From Candidatus Heimdallarchaeota archaeon (lineage in GTDB: Archaea; Asgardarchaeota; Heimdallarchaeia; Heimdallarchaeales; Heimdallarchaeaceae): a stretch of 64,000 nucleotides of DNA. The position numbers and the translations under genes are program-made. The notes beneath the pieces were generated by a model. It saw only the letters and a program-made list of their open reading frames with translations. It did no database searches and had not been told where the DNA came from. The DNA is taken from NCBI GenBank assembly GCA_016840095.1, contig JAEOSZ010000055.1:1-64000 (forward strand), written 5' to 3'. Below are positions 1 to 8,890 of this stretch, piece by piece; position 1 is the first letter of the stretch, and the number at the start of each line of letters is the position of its first letter.

Positions 1-1099
1 CTCCTACATCTGGAATAATACTGTTTCCGATAGTTTTCGAGGTATATATGCCAAAAACAGTTACCATATGTATGTATACTACAACCACCTATTTAACAAT
101 CAAGAACAAGGAATTCTAGCTGAGGATTCAGATGAAATAGTCATCCAATATAATATCTGTGAAGGTGGTTATACCGGAATTGAAGTCTACTCTTCATATG
201 ATCCCTTCATAGGTAATAATGATGTTTTTGATTGCATTAACCATGGAATATATTCTAGATATTCTGATTACTCACGAATTGGTGGAAATGACTTTATAGA
301 CTGTGGTCTCGGAGTTTATGATGTGAATGTTGCGGATCTATTAACCTATCAAGTAACTAGTAATTATATTGATGGACAACTAATATACTACGGAGAGAAT
401 GTTACAGATACCAATATCTGGGTAAGATATAGCCAATTCATTCTAGTAAATTGTTCTAATGTCCAGATCAGTTCTCAAGATCAACTAGCATCCAGTCTTG
501 CCATAGTAGTTGACCTATTGTTCTGTAAGAATATAGATATTAGGTATAGTTATATCAACAATGCAGGATATGGGATTGGTATCCAATATTGTGAGGAAAT
601 TAATATCTACAACAATACACTCCATGATAATACAATGTGCATAATTAGCGCTGAATCCACAGGAGGAGAAATAAAAGATAATGATTTTTTCAATGGCAAT
701 ATTGGAATTTATTTCATCGACATGGTGGATAATTTTTCTATTTATGCAAATGACTTTCAAAACTTTCTTGGCTTTGGTATAGCTTTGGAAAATTCTAACT
801 ATAATGAAATTTATCACAACAATCTAATCAACTGTGCAATGGGCTCTAGCTATGGCTATGATTCAGGCTCAGAGAATTACTGGTATAACACAACTCTAAA
901 TGAAGGCAACTACTGGTCAAATTGGGTATCAGGAACTTATGCAATTGATGGTCCCTCTGGATCATTTGATTTATATCCTTTATCAAGTCCCTATATTCCT
1001 CCCCCAATAGTATCTGAATACACCTTTCTAAGTTGGTTTGTAATAATTTTCCTATCTATAATCCCATCCTTGATACTTTATGTTAAGAAAAGGAAATAA
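1..1099 (+). CDS. NosD/CASH-type right-handed beta-helix surface protein with C-terminal TM anchor (5'-partial)
   Basis: Frame is open from the window start (SYIWNNTVSDSFRGIYAKNSYH-M). Repeated 'I..N......GI' beta-helix units, cap motif EGNYWSNW..GTYAIDGPS, C-terminal hydrophobic helix plus KKRK. Confidence 0.85.
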   Translation, partial: SYIWNNTVSDSFRGIYAKNSYHMYVYYNHLFNNQEQGILAEDSDEIVIQYNICEGGYTGIEVYSSYDPFIGNNDVFDCINHGIYSRYSDYSRIGGNDFIDCGLGVYDVNVADLLTYQVTSNYIDGQLIYYGENVTDTNIWVRYSQFILVNCSNVQISSQDQLASSLAIVVDLLFCKNIDIRYSYINNAGYGIGIQYCEEINIYNNTLHDNTMCIISAESTGGEIKDNDFFNGNIGIYFIDMVDNFSIYANDFQNFLGFGIALENSNYNEIYHNNLINCAMGSSYGYDSGSENYWYNTTLNEGNYWSNWVSGTYAIDGPSGSFDLYPLSSPYIPPPIVSEYTFLSWFVIIFLSIIPSLILYVKKRK

Positions 1100-1135
1100 T
1101 TTCCTTTTTCTCTTTCTTTCATTTTCTTCTTTTTA
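1100..1135 (+). terminator. T-rich archaeal-type terminator
   Basis: Pyrimidine tract 'ttcctttttctctttctttcattttcttctttt' immediately after the stop codon. Confidence 0.5.
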
Positions 1136-1219
1136 ATCATTTTAGGAGAATATTTAAGAGTTAAAATTGAATATGACTATTTTAGGTGTTTTTACATCAA
1201 AAAATGAGTTGAACAAAAA

Positions 1220-1774
1220 ATGGCAGCAAAAGATATAATTGCTAGTGTAGTAATTGCAATATTGATTCTAGCTCCTACTACTTACTTTGTTTTACCTATA
1301 CTATATCCAAATATGAAGACTGGAGTAATCAACTCAGTTTATGAGGAGTTTGACGATTTAGCATATATAGCGGATAGTGTTACTACTTATGAACTGGTTA
1401 ATCAAACACAATTGGTTTTTGCAACAAAAGGTGGATCCTCTCTGAATATATTATTTGTGATGCAAACTGCAATAGTAATAGATGGAACGATGCTAGGAGC
1501 TTTACAAATTGATGTAGCCTTAGTAGTACAAGGTGAAGGAAATAGAACATTAAGAGTAGCATATTATGCAGGAGTACCTTCTGGTATTTATACAGAAATT
1601 CCAGCAGATGTTACTATAAACTACCAAACATCAGCTCTAGTTGCGGGAACATATACAATTGGAGTCTATTGGAAATTTAATGTCGACGCAGTTGGAACAA
1701 ATTATATGATAGCTTACAATCCACCGAACTATGAGTTTACACGATCTTTACTGATTCAAGAAATCAAGAACTGA
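1220..1774 (+). CDS. N-terminally membrane-anchored beta-rich hypothetical protein (paralog of 3451..4020)
   Basis: N-terminal TM ...ILILAPTTYFVLPILYPNM; shares motifs with 3451..4020. Confidence 0.75.
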   Translation: MAAKDIIASVVIAILILAPTTYFVLPILYPNMKTGVINSVYEEFDDLAYIADSVTTYELVNQTQLVFATKGGSSLNILFVMQTAIVIDGTMLGALQIDVALVVQGEGNRTLRVAYYAGVPSGIYTEIPADVTINYQTSALVAGTYTIGVYWKFNVDAVGTNYMIAYNPPNYEFTRSLLIQEIKN

Positions 1775-1781
1775 TTTCTTT

Positions 1782-2675
1782 CTATTTTTTACTTAATCTT
1801 TTTAGATCAGCTTCTGCAGCTATATAGCCGAAAGTTGCCCAGTTTTCTAAAGATGTAATCTCCTCAAGAAGAGTCTTTGCTTCTTCTACTCTATTGTTGT
1901 AATAATGCCAATTTGCTATTGCATAAGCTATTGCAGCATTCCCCAACTCTCCTTCAACTCTAGCTTTTGCCATCATTTCTTCAGCTGTAAACATTCCTTT
2001 GTACATTAGTAATTGTTTGAAATAATAGTGATTTTCAATAATGTCCATTTCTTGGTGAACTTTTTCTAGAACTCTTTCAGCTTCTTGGTCTCTTTCCAGC
2101 AACTTTAGAATCATATATATCCAATGTGCACAAGCAACATAGTTGTCCTCAAGAGCTAGAGAATCTAATCCATTGATGTATGCTGTTAATGAATCTTCAT
2201 ATTTTCCTTGAAGATAATAGGTTAACCCTAAGTGATACCAAATGTTTGAATGTAATGAGCTAACAGGAATCCCCCTATCATTAGGTATACCATCAGGTTC
2301 TATCTCATCTGGTTTTCCTTCAATTAACAGTGATGCTTTAAGTAAATCCTCAACAGCTAAATCAAATAATCTAAGTGTGATGAATCTGTGACCCCTATGA
2401 CGATACATTCGAGCATCTTCAGGAAATTGATTAATTCCTTCAGTGAAAATAACTATAGCTTCTCTCATCCTACCAAGATATGCAGTTCTTCTACCAAGCC
2501 AGATGATATTATCAGCATTTTTGGGATTCTTCCTGTAATCCATGAGAGCTTTTTGGTAGTACTTTTGTTGCATATTAAGAATCTCTGAAACAAGAGGTAT
2601 TCTAAAAAGGGGTTCACCAAACAAACTAAATCCTTCAATATCTCTGAAAAGCTTCGAACCGATCATAGTACTCAC
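1782..2675 (-). CDS. Tetratricopeptide repeat protein
   Basis: TPR patterns WLGRRTAYLGRMREA, MYRHRGHRFITLRLFDLA, WYHLGLTYYLQGKYEDS. Confidence 0.85.
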   Translation of the reverse strand: MSTMIGSKLFRDIEGFSLFGEPLFRIPLVSEILNMQQKYYQKALMDYRKNPKNADNIIWLGRRTAYLGRMREAIVIFTEGINQFPEDARMYRHRGHRFITLRLFDLAVEDLLKASLLIEGKPDEIEPDGIPNDRGIPVSSLHSNIWYHLGLTYYLQGKYEDSLTAYINGLDSLALEDNYVACAHWIYMILKLLERDQEAERVLEKVHQEMDIIENHYYFKQLLMYKGMFTAEEMMAKARVEGELGNAAIAYAIANWHYYNNRVEEAKTLLEEITSLENWATFGYIAAEADLKRLSKK

Positions 2676-2756
2676 TAGATAACACTTCTTATGAATTTAT
2701 TTAATGTTCAAAACAAGATACTAACATTCCACAAAAATAAAAAGTTGAAAGAAAGA

Positions 2757-3311
2757 CTAAATCTTTCTTTTTTTGCTTGCTAGATATGCTAGACTTAAAA
2801 CTGCTATAATCGGAAGTATAATCCCTAAACTTGCTTCTTTAACTCTTACAAAGCCAGGTATCCAGAGGAAACTATAATCTGGGTCTTCTCCTTGTGTATT
2901 ATTCCCTTTGAAGCTATAGAGAGTAGCAACAGCAAATTGTTCAAATGGTATACCTGACAGATTATACGATAAAGCAGTATTACTACTTCCACCTTCTACA
3001 TTGATATCTGAGAGAGTTGTATTATCTGTGAGAAAGACTGATTCTCCTGAGATTGAAATGTCTACTACAATATCATAGAAACCCACAATAACTCCTTCTA
3101 AAGTTCCAAAAGTAACAGCTTCCAATTCTAAACTAAGATCGAATAGAGAACCGTTTACATAAGTGTATTTGAAATTAGCTGTTACCTTATATACTGTTCC
3201 ATCAGTTTCAGTTTCTGCGATCGATATGGCAGAAGTTTGTGTTGGAATAAGTAAAATGATGAAAGTAAGGCAAAGAATACTAATGTGTTTTTTCTTCATG
3301 AAATGCACCAA
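2757..3311 (-). CDS. Secreted surface protein with C-terminal TM plus basic tail
   Basis: Signal peptide MKKKHISILCLTFIILLIPTQTSA (start may be 3299). C-terminus EASLGIILPIIAVLSLAYLASKKRKI. Confidence 0.75.
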   Translation of the reverse strand: MVHFMKKKHISILCLTFIILLIPTQTSAISIAETETDGTVYKVTANFKYTYVNGSLFDLSLELEAVTFGTLEGVIVGFYDIVVDISISGESVFLTDNTTLSDINVEGGSSNTALSYNLSGIPFEQFAVATLYSFKGNNTQGEDPDYSFLWIPGFVRVKEASLGIILPIIAVLSLAYLASKKRKI

Positions 3312-3450
3312 TTAACAATAAAAAGAGAAGTTAAAAAGTTTCTGTAGACTTAAAAACTATATCTAAAACCATTTCAGAATAACACTTAATAGAGAAAAAG
3401 TGCATGAATCATTATTTGATATTTAAAAATCAAAAAATGAGGTTACAAAC

Positions 3451-4020
3451 ATGTCAGTAAAAGTTTTTGTTGGAAGTGTACTTGTATCTATTTTGATTTT
3501 AGCTCCTGCTACTTATTTCCTCATGCCAGTTCTTTATCCAAGTATGATTGATGATACAGAAGGCGTCTTGCTTCAATCTGAGTATTTCCTATTTGATTCA
3601 GAAGCTAGAATCAGTGATAATGATTTAACATACCAGATGATGAATGGAACTTCCTGTCTTATAACTACACAAGGAAATTCAAGATTATCAGTTCTGTTCA
3701 CAGCTACAGGATATATGACTCTTAATGGTGCATGGACTGAAAAATCTGAATACTTGATAGATCTAGTAGTTGATTCTTCTGCCAATAGAGCAATTCTTCT
3801 TGGGTTCTATGACTATGGTCCAGTTCATGGTGCGTCTAGAATATTATTTTTTGACATTACTATCAATTTAGTTACAGATGTACTAATAGCTGGAACACAT
3901 AACATAACAGTTTTCTGGAGATCATTAATTGACGCAGTAGGAATAAATACATTTTATATCTATGATCCTAGCAATAACTATCTTCGATCATTATGGATAC
4001 AAGAAACATCTCAGAATTGA
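3451..4020 (+). CDS. N-terminally membrane-anchored hypothetical protein (paralog of 1220..1774)
   Basis: ILILAPATYFLMPVLYPSM; C-terminal RSLWIQE versus RSLLIQE in the paralog. Confidence 0.75.
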   Translation: MSVKVFVGSVLVSILILAPATYFLMPVLYPSMIDDTEGVLLQSEYFLFDSEARISDNDLTYQMMNGTSCLITTQGNSRLSVLFTATGYMTLNGAWTEKSEYLIDLVVDSSANRAILLGFYDYGPVHGASRILFFDITINLVTDVLIAGTHNITVFWRSLIDAVGINTFYIYDPSNNYLRSLWIQETSQN

Positions 4021-4159
4021 GATAAGCATCATGTATCCATATTGCTCATTCTTTTCTTTGTTTCAACATAATTGCAGATACAGTTAATGATATCATTGAT
4101 GACTTCATTTACATTACATTTCCAAAATATTTATCTTCTAATCCTTTTATTCCTCAATA

Positions 4160-5008
4160 ATGAAAGAAAAAAAAGTCATGAAAAAGTCAAAATATGGACA
4201 ATATTATACCATACCTTTTACTCGAAATCGTGATATTGTTGTGGATTTCATATCTATGGGCAAGAAAACTATGAAGGTTTATGCTATTGGAGAGATTGAT
4301 GTTACTCTACCTCTTAAGAAAATAGCTGAATATAAAGAAGAAGGTACAAAAATCTCTTTTACAGGTTACATAGCCTATGTTTTAATTCAAACCATAATAG
4401 ATCATCCGCATATGCAAGCAATAAAATGGAGAAAAAGAAAGATGGTAGTGTTTGAGGATGTTGATCTTTTTAGTGTTGTAGAAAAAGAAGTCAAAGGACA
4501 GAAAGTTCCATCACAAGTTATAATCAGAAAAGCGAATGAGAAATCAATCTTAGAAATAACTTACGCTTTATGGTCTCAGAAGAAGAGGAAGGATGACAGC
4601 ATGGCTGATAAAGAGGATGACTCTGGAACTGACTTACTTCTAAAAATGCCAGGTTTCTTAAGACGTTTCTTAATGAATCGTATTTTTAAGAATCCATTCT
4701 TACGAAGACAATTTCTAGGAACTGTTGGTGTCACATCTGTTGGAATGTATACTAAAGGTGGAGGTACATCTATACCTATTGCAGTAGAGAATCTCTCTAT
4801 CAATATAGGTGGTATTGATAAGAAACCAGGATATGAAATTAAAGATGATGGAACACTTAATCTAAATAGAATAGTACCTCGAGAGTATCTGTGGTTAACT
4901 TTCAACATAGATCACACTACAGTAGATGGAGCTCCAACAGCAAGATTTATTGCAGACTTTCGAGAGAGATTGAAGATAGCATATGGTCTAGATAATATGT
5001 TAGACTAA
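4160..5008 (+). CDS. 2-oxoacid dehydrogenase E2-like acyltransferase, catalytic domain only
   Basis: DHTTVDGAPTARF matches the DHxxxDG catalytic motif; GTVGVTSVG; no lipoyl domain. Confidence 0.85.
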   Translation: MKEKKVMKKSKYGQYYTIPFTRNRDIVVDFISMGKKTMKVYAIGEIDVTLPLKKIAEYKEEGTKISFTGYIAYVLIQTIIDHPHMQAIKWRKRKMVVFEDVDLFSVVEKEVKGQKVPSQVIIRKANEKSILEITYALWSQKKRKDDSMADKEDDSGTDLLLKMPGFLRRFLMNRIFKNPFLRRQFLGTVGVTSVGMYTKGGGTSIPIAVENLSINIGGIDKKPGYEIKDDGTLNLNRIVPREYLWLTFNIDHTTVDGAPTARFIADFRERLKIAYGLDNMLD

Positions 5009-5150
5009 ATGAGTATAATTCTCCAAATCTATTATACTCTAAGACATTTTATCTTATCTTGGTTGGTTAAATGTTTTAATAAATTTTAACAATGTTGGCA
5101 TCAGCTTTCTCAGAACTCTTTTAAACAGATAAGAGATTGAACTCATTGAT

Positions 5151-5537
5151 ATGAAAGAAATTAACTGCTTCAAATGTGGAAGACTTAATTCTTCTGAAGC
5201 AAAATCTTGCTTCTTCTGTGATACTAATTTAGAAGAACATATCCATAAAAATAACGGAGAAATTCTAAAGAATAATTTTAACAAAGAACCATCTAAAGAA
5301 ATTAAACGTCAAGTTGTAACACCAGCTGAATGGGAAGCACATGGAAAACCATTGAAACGAAACAGAGAAAATCTACATTCAAGAGAATTGATACGTGTAG
5401 AGAGAAAACTATCTTATCTAACGAAACAGAATATCAAAAGTAATTTAAAACTCATTTTCATATTACTACCAATCTGTGGGTTAATTACATTAATCGTTTT
5501 ATTTATTCTATTTTTAAATTACATCGGTAGATTGTGA
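5151..5537 (+). CDS. Zinc-ribbon protein with C-terminal TM
   Basis: CFKCG...CFFC at the N-terminus, hydrophobic C-terminal helix. Confidence 0.7.
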   Translation: MKEINCFKCGRLNSSEAKSCFFCDTNLEEHIHKNNGEILKNNFNKEPSKEIKRQVVTPAEWEAHGKPLKRNRENLHSRELIRVERKLSYLTKQNIKSNLKLIFILLPICGLITLIVLFILFLNYIGRL

Positions 5538-5676
5538 TTGATTTCTTGTTCCTGTTTAGCAACCTTGTTGTCAACATAACTCCCAATCCTTGACTTACAA
5601 TAAATTCTATAATTATTTTCACGGTATATTTATTATCTTATAAATCACTGTAATCAAGTATGTACTTGAAAGGAAT

Positions 5677-7323
5677 ATGGGTGTAAAATTAATGAAAGTC
5701 TTCAACTTAACTAAAAAGAAAATTGTTGTAATCAGTCTAGGTATACTAATTTCTCTCTCAGTGATTTCTACAGTGTTAGTTATTGTACTAAAAGATCCTA
5801 AGGATACAGTAACTTTTGTTGAGGGCTCTTTAAATAAAGATACTACATGGTCAGGTTTAATTCATGTCTCAGGCTCAGTCTTTATCCCTATTAATATTAC
5901 TTTGACAATTCTGCCAGGTACAACTATTGAGTTTGAGCATTATCGTGGATATAAAGAACTAGCAACATTAGGATTAAACATTGTAGGGGGTACAATTCTT
6001 GCTATTGGAACTCCTGATCAGCAAATTTGGTTTACTTCAGATGCTGATAATCCTATAAATGGTGATTGGGCTGGGATCAGTTGTACTCATGCAAATGATT
6101 CAATATTCAGATATGTAATTATTGAATTTTCAACTATTGGAATAGAACAAATAAAATCTTCTATTGAAATTTCACATTCTATTATACGTTGGGTAAATAC
6201 GGAAGGATTGTATGCTGAAGAATCCAGTCCTTTAATCGAGTATAATTTGATTTATGCTAATGCTTATCATGATATTGCTTTAGAACAACACAATTATGAC
6301 GTAAATATTAGAAACAATATCTTCAACGGAGGTCATTTTAGTATACATGCAGAAGCGACGAATGTGACAATTGAGAATAATTATTTCGTAGGATACTCTA
6401 AAAGTGCAATAACAGGAGGTCAATATTCTAACATATCAGTTGTTAGCAACAAATTTACAAATATTACTGAAACTGCAATACTTTATGATCCAACAACAAC
6501 AGTCAGTACTCTGAATAACGACTTTGGTAATGCAAGTGTACCTATACCTCAACTTGATTTTCCTGATAGCAAAAGATCTGATCTTGGCTATACACCAGGT
6601 GATCCAGAAGATAAGTATCTTTATGTTTATCCAGAAATCGATGAAACTCGAAAAATCATTAAAAGATTAGAAAATGAAAAAACTATAGGTTCTGCTTTAA
6701 CATATGTGAATGGGAGTTTATGGCGATTCAATCTTGGAATATACGATAAGGGATCTTTACAATCCTTGGTTGAAATTGATCCAAATACTGGCAACTTCAC
6801 AACATATGGAAATAATGTTATAATAAATCCAAGAGGTTTAGCACATGATGGTCAATACTTCTGGGTTAATGATTTTACATTAAGAAAAATATTCAAATTT
6901 AAAGTAAACTCAAGTGATATCATAGAAATCCTAGACTCCTTTGATGTTCCTTTTTCTAGTGAAGGAGGGTTAGTGTCTCTTGCATGTGATGGAACCTTTT
7001 TGTATTCATTGAGTAGAAATGGTGCTTCTATGTATAAAATTGATTTAAATGGAACACTCATATCAGAGATTGCATTCCAAGGATCTCCAATTCATGGTTC
7101 AATTGTCTGGACAGGAACACATTTTTGGGCTAATTCAGAACCATATCTGACTCGATGGTACTCAAATTGGACATTAGCTGGTAAAATATATCCTGCTGCA
7201 TGGGGAACTGATGCACTTGCTTGGGATGGTTCTTACTTGTGGTCATTATCAAAAACTTGTGAAATATGGGCAGATGGGAAAATATTCCAAATTGAGATAG
7301 TGGATGATCAAATTGCTTTGTAA
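5677..7323 (+). CDS. Membrane-anchored beta-helix plus beta-propeller protein
   Basis: N-terminal TM; 'TTWSG.IHV...V.IP..TLTILPGT.IEF' and 'GTPDQQIWFTS...GDWAGI' beta-helix entry; C-terminal blades GLAHDGQYFWV, LACDGTFLY, LAWDGSYLW. Confidence 0.8.
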   Translation: MGVKLMKVFNLTKKKIVVISLGILISLSVISTVLVIVLKDPKDTVTFVEGSLNKDTTWSGLIHVSGSVFIPINITLTILPGTTIEFEHYRGYKELATLGLNIVGGTILAIGTPDQQIWFTSDADNPINGDWAGISCTHANDSIFRYVIIEFSTIGIEQIKSSIEISHSIIRWVNTEGLYAEESSPLIEYNLIYANAYHDIALEQHNYDVNIRNNIFNGGHFSIHAEATNVTIENNYFVGYSKSAITGGQYSNISVVSNKFTNITETAILYDPTTTVSTLNNDFGNASVPIPQLDFPDSKRSDLGYTPGDPEDKYLYVYPEIDETRKIIKRLENEKTIGSALTYVNGSLWRFNLGIYDKGSLQSLVEIDPNTGNFTTYGNNVIINPRGLAHDGQYFWVNDFTLRKIFKFKVNSSDIIEILDSFDVPFSSEGGLVSLACDGTFLYSLSRNGASMYKIDLNGTLISEIAFQGSPIHGSIVWTGTHFWANSEPYLTRWYSNWTLAGKIYPAAWGTDALAWDGSYLWSLSKTCEIWADGKIFQIEIVDDQIAL

Positions 7324-7367
7324 TTATGTTGATTCTCAGATTCAATTCCTTTTTCCACATTTCTATG

Positions 7368-7463
7368 AGTCTAAATAACCTTAACGTTAACCCACCTTCT
7401 TATGAAAGTCCTCTTGATAAGAAGGTTGGGTTCTGTAGACTGTTATAACCTTGTAGCAAGGTT
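7368..7463. other. Multi-hairpin structured intergenic element (candidate ncRNA or terminator)
   Basis: Pairings 7368-7373/7436-7441, 7389-7403/7417-7432 (15 bp, one bulge) and 7447-7453/7457-7463. Confidence 0.45.
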
Positions 7464-7573
7464 TAAAACTCTGTTTCTGGCCTTCTAATTACTCTTTTCA
7501 TGTATCAAACAATAAATAAAAATTACTAAGTATAATCAAAAAAGCTTAAATTTCCAACATTTATGATGACAAA

Positions 7574-8107
7574 GTGAAAACAATGCCAAAGAAAAATTTT
7601 GATTTTGCGTTTATCGAGAATGAAATTAGAAAGAAAACATTTGGAATTTTAAACACCATTAATCCAAATAACAGCCCTCAATCATCGGGAATCCTCTTTG
7701 GAGTGTCCAAACCTGGAGATCCGTTTTGTATTTATCTAAAGACATTCAAGTCCTTCAGAAAAACAAAGAATATTCAAAGCAATCCGAATGTTACATTTGT
7801 AATTCCTGTCCCTCACCATATTCTGCGGTTTATACCAACTAGTACAATAACGATAAAAGGTCAAGCGGAACTAGTTTCAACTGACTCTGAAGAAGTTATA
7901 GAAGCATTTAATGAAAAAAGAATGCTAAGAATGATTCTAAAAGATCTCAATGACCCTGAAGTTAAGAAAAAGACGACATTCATCAGAATTAAACCAAAGC
8001 CTAAAATTCTATGTTATGGTGTTGGATATAACGTTATAGAATTAGGAAGATCACATACGTCAGTTAGTTATTCTGTTATGATCCCAGAAGAGAGACTGAA
8101 CAAATAA
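7574..8107 (+). CDS. Pyridoxamine 5'-phosphate oxidase-like (split beta-barrel flavin-binding) protein
   Basis: FGILNTINPNNSPQSS..., RKTKNIQSNPNVTF, ITIKGQAELV. Confidence 0.8.
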   Translation: MKTMPKKNFDFAFIENEIRKKTFGILNTINPNNSPQSSGILFGVSKPGDPFCIYLKTFKSFRKTKNIQSNPNVTFVIPVPHHILRFIPTSTITIKGQAELVSTDSEEVIEAFNEKRMLRMILKDLNDPEVKKKTTFIRIKPKPKILCYGVGYNVIELGRSHTSVSYSVMIPEERLNK

Positions 8108-8221
8108 TCTCTCCAATTTGAGTAAGGAGTTACTCCTCATTGATTTTTTCTGCGAGATTTTGGCAAAACTGGAGATCTTCTTTCTGAGATAAGACTTGTT
8201 CAAAAAGACGAATATCTAGAA

Positions 8222-8407
8222 ATGTGCGCTTATCCTGAAGAAAAAATACCTGCAATTTATGCTAATTTCACAGTAGAAGGTTTAACTAATAGAATTAAAA
8301 CTAAAGGAGTGCATAGTTCTTGGTCCGTCGTAGCAAATATAAGTGATCATAAAACAATGATTGCTCTAGCATTTCTAAGAAAATATGAAAAAGAGAATAT
8401 TAAATAG
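8222..8407 (+). CDS. Small hypothetical protein or gene remnant
   Basis: 61 aa ORF; frame extends upstream without a stop to about 8144. Confidence 0.35.
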   Translation: MCAYPEEKIPAIYANFTVEGLTNRIKTKGVHSSWSVVANISDHKTMIALAFLRKYEKENIK

Positions 8408-8421
8408 TATCCAAAAAATAA

Positions 8422-8622
8422 TCAGAAAATAGATGTTACATTAACCGCTTGAAATCCTTTGTCTGTTTTTTCTATGTCAAATTCTACTTCATCTCCCTCT
8501 TTGAGATAATAAAAATCATCAAGTGTAGTTGACCAGTGAAAATAGATATCTCTCTTCTCATCTGTTTTGTTGATGAATCCAAATCCTTTGATAGGTAGTA
8601 TCCTCTTTATTGTTCCTTTCAT
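8422..8622 (-). CDS. csp: Cold-shock domain protein
   Basis: KGFGFI (RNP1), DIYFHWS (RNP2), LKEGDEVEFDI..TDKG.QAVNV; strong SD aaggaggt. Confidence 0.95.
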   Translation of the reverse strand: MKGTIKRILPIKGFGFINKTDEKRDIYFHWSTTLDDFYYLKEGDEVEFDIEKTDKGFQAVNVTSIF

Positions 8623-8890
8623 AATGTACCTCCTTAAGTAAATTCACTTTTTGAAATCAGGAGTGCTAATCCGTGTATGCTAAAAAATAATCCAAATAAA
8701 TCAGCTGTTAGTAAGTAATTCAGCCAAAATTCTATCTATTTTCCTTTTCATGTTGTTTAATCTTCAGCTTTTATAAACAATGTGTTGTTTCTGTTTTGGT
8801 ATTTGTGATATTTTCAAATTGTTTCTAAATTCAGCGTTTAAATCACGAAAAATATATAATTCTATTCAGTTCAGTACTTTATTGTTACTT

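Noticed and set aside
7395-7425. Eukaryote-like SECIS or K-turn (ATGA...GA)
   Set aside because: Upper helix only about 3 bp, no apical AA at the right distance, bulge geometry wrong, and no in-frame TGA selenoprotein candidate adjacent.
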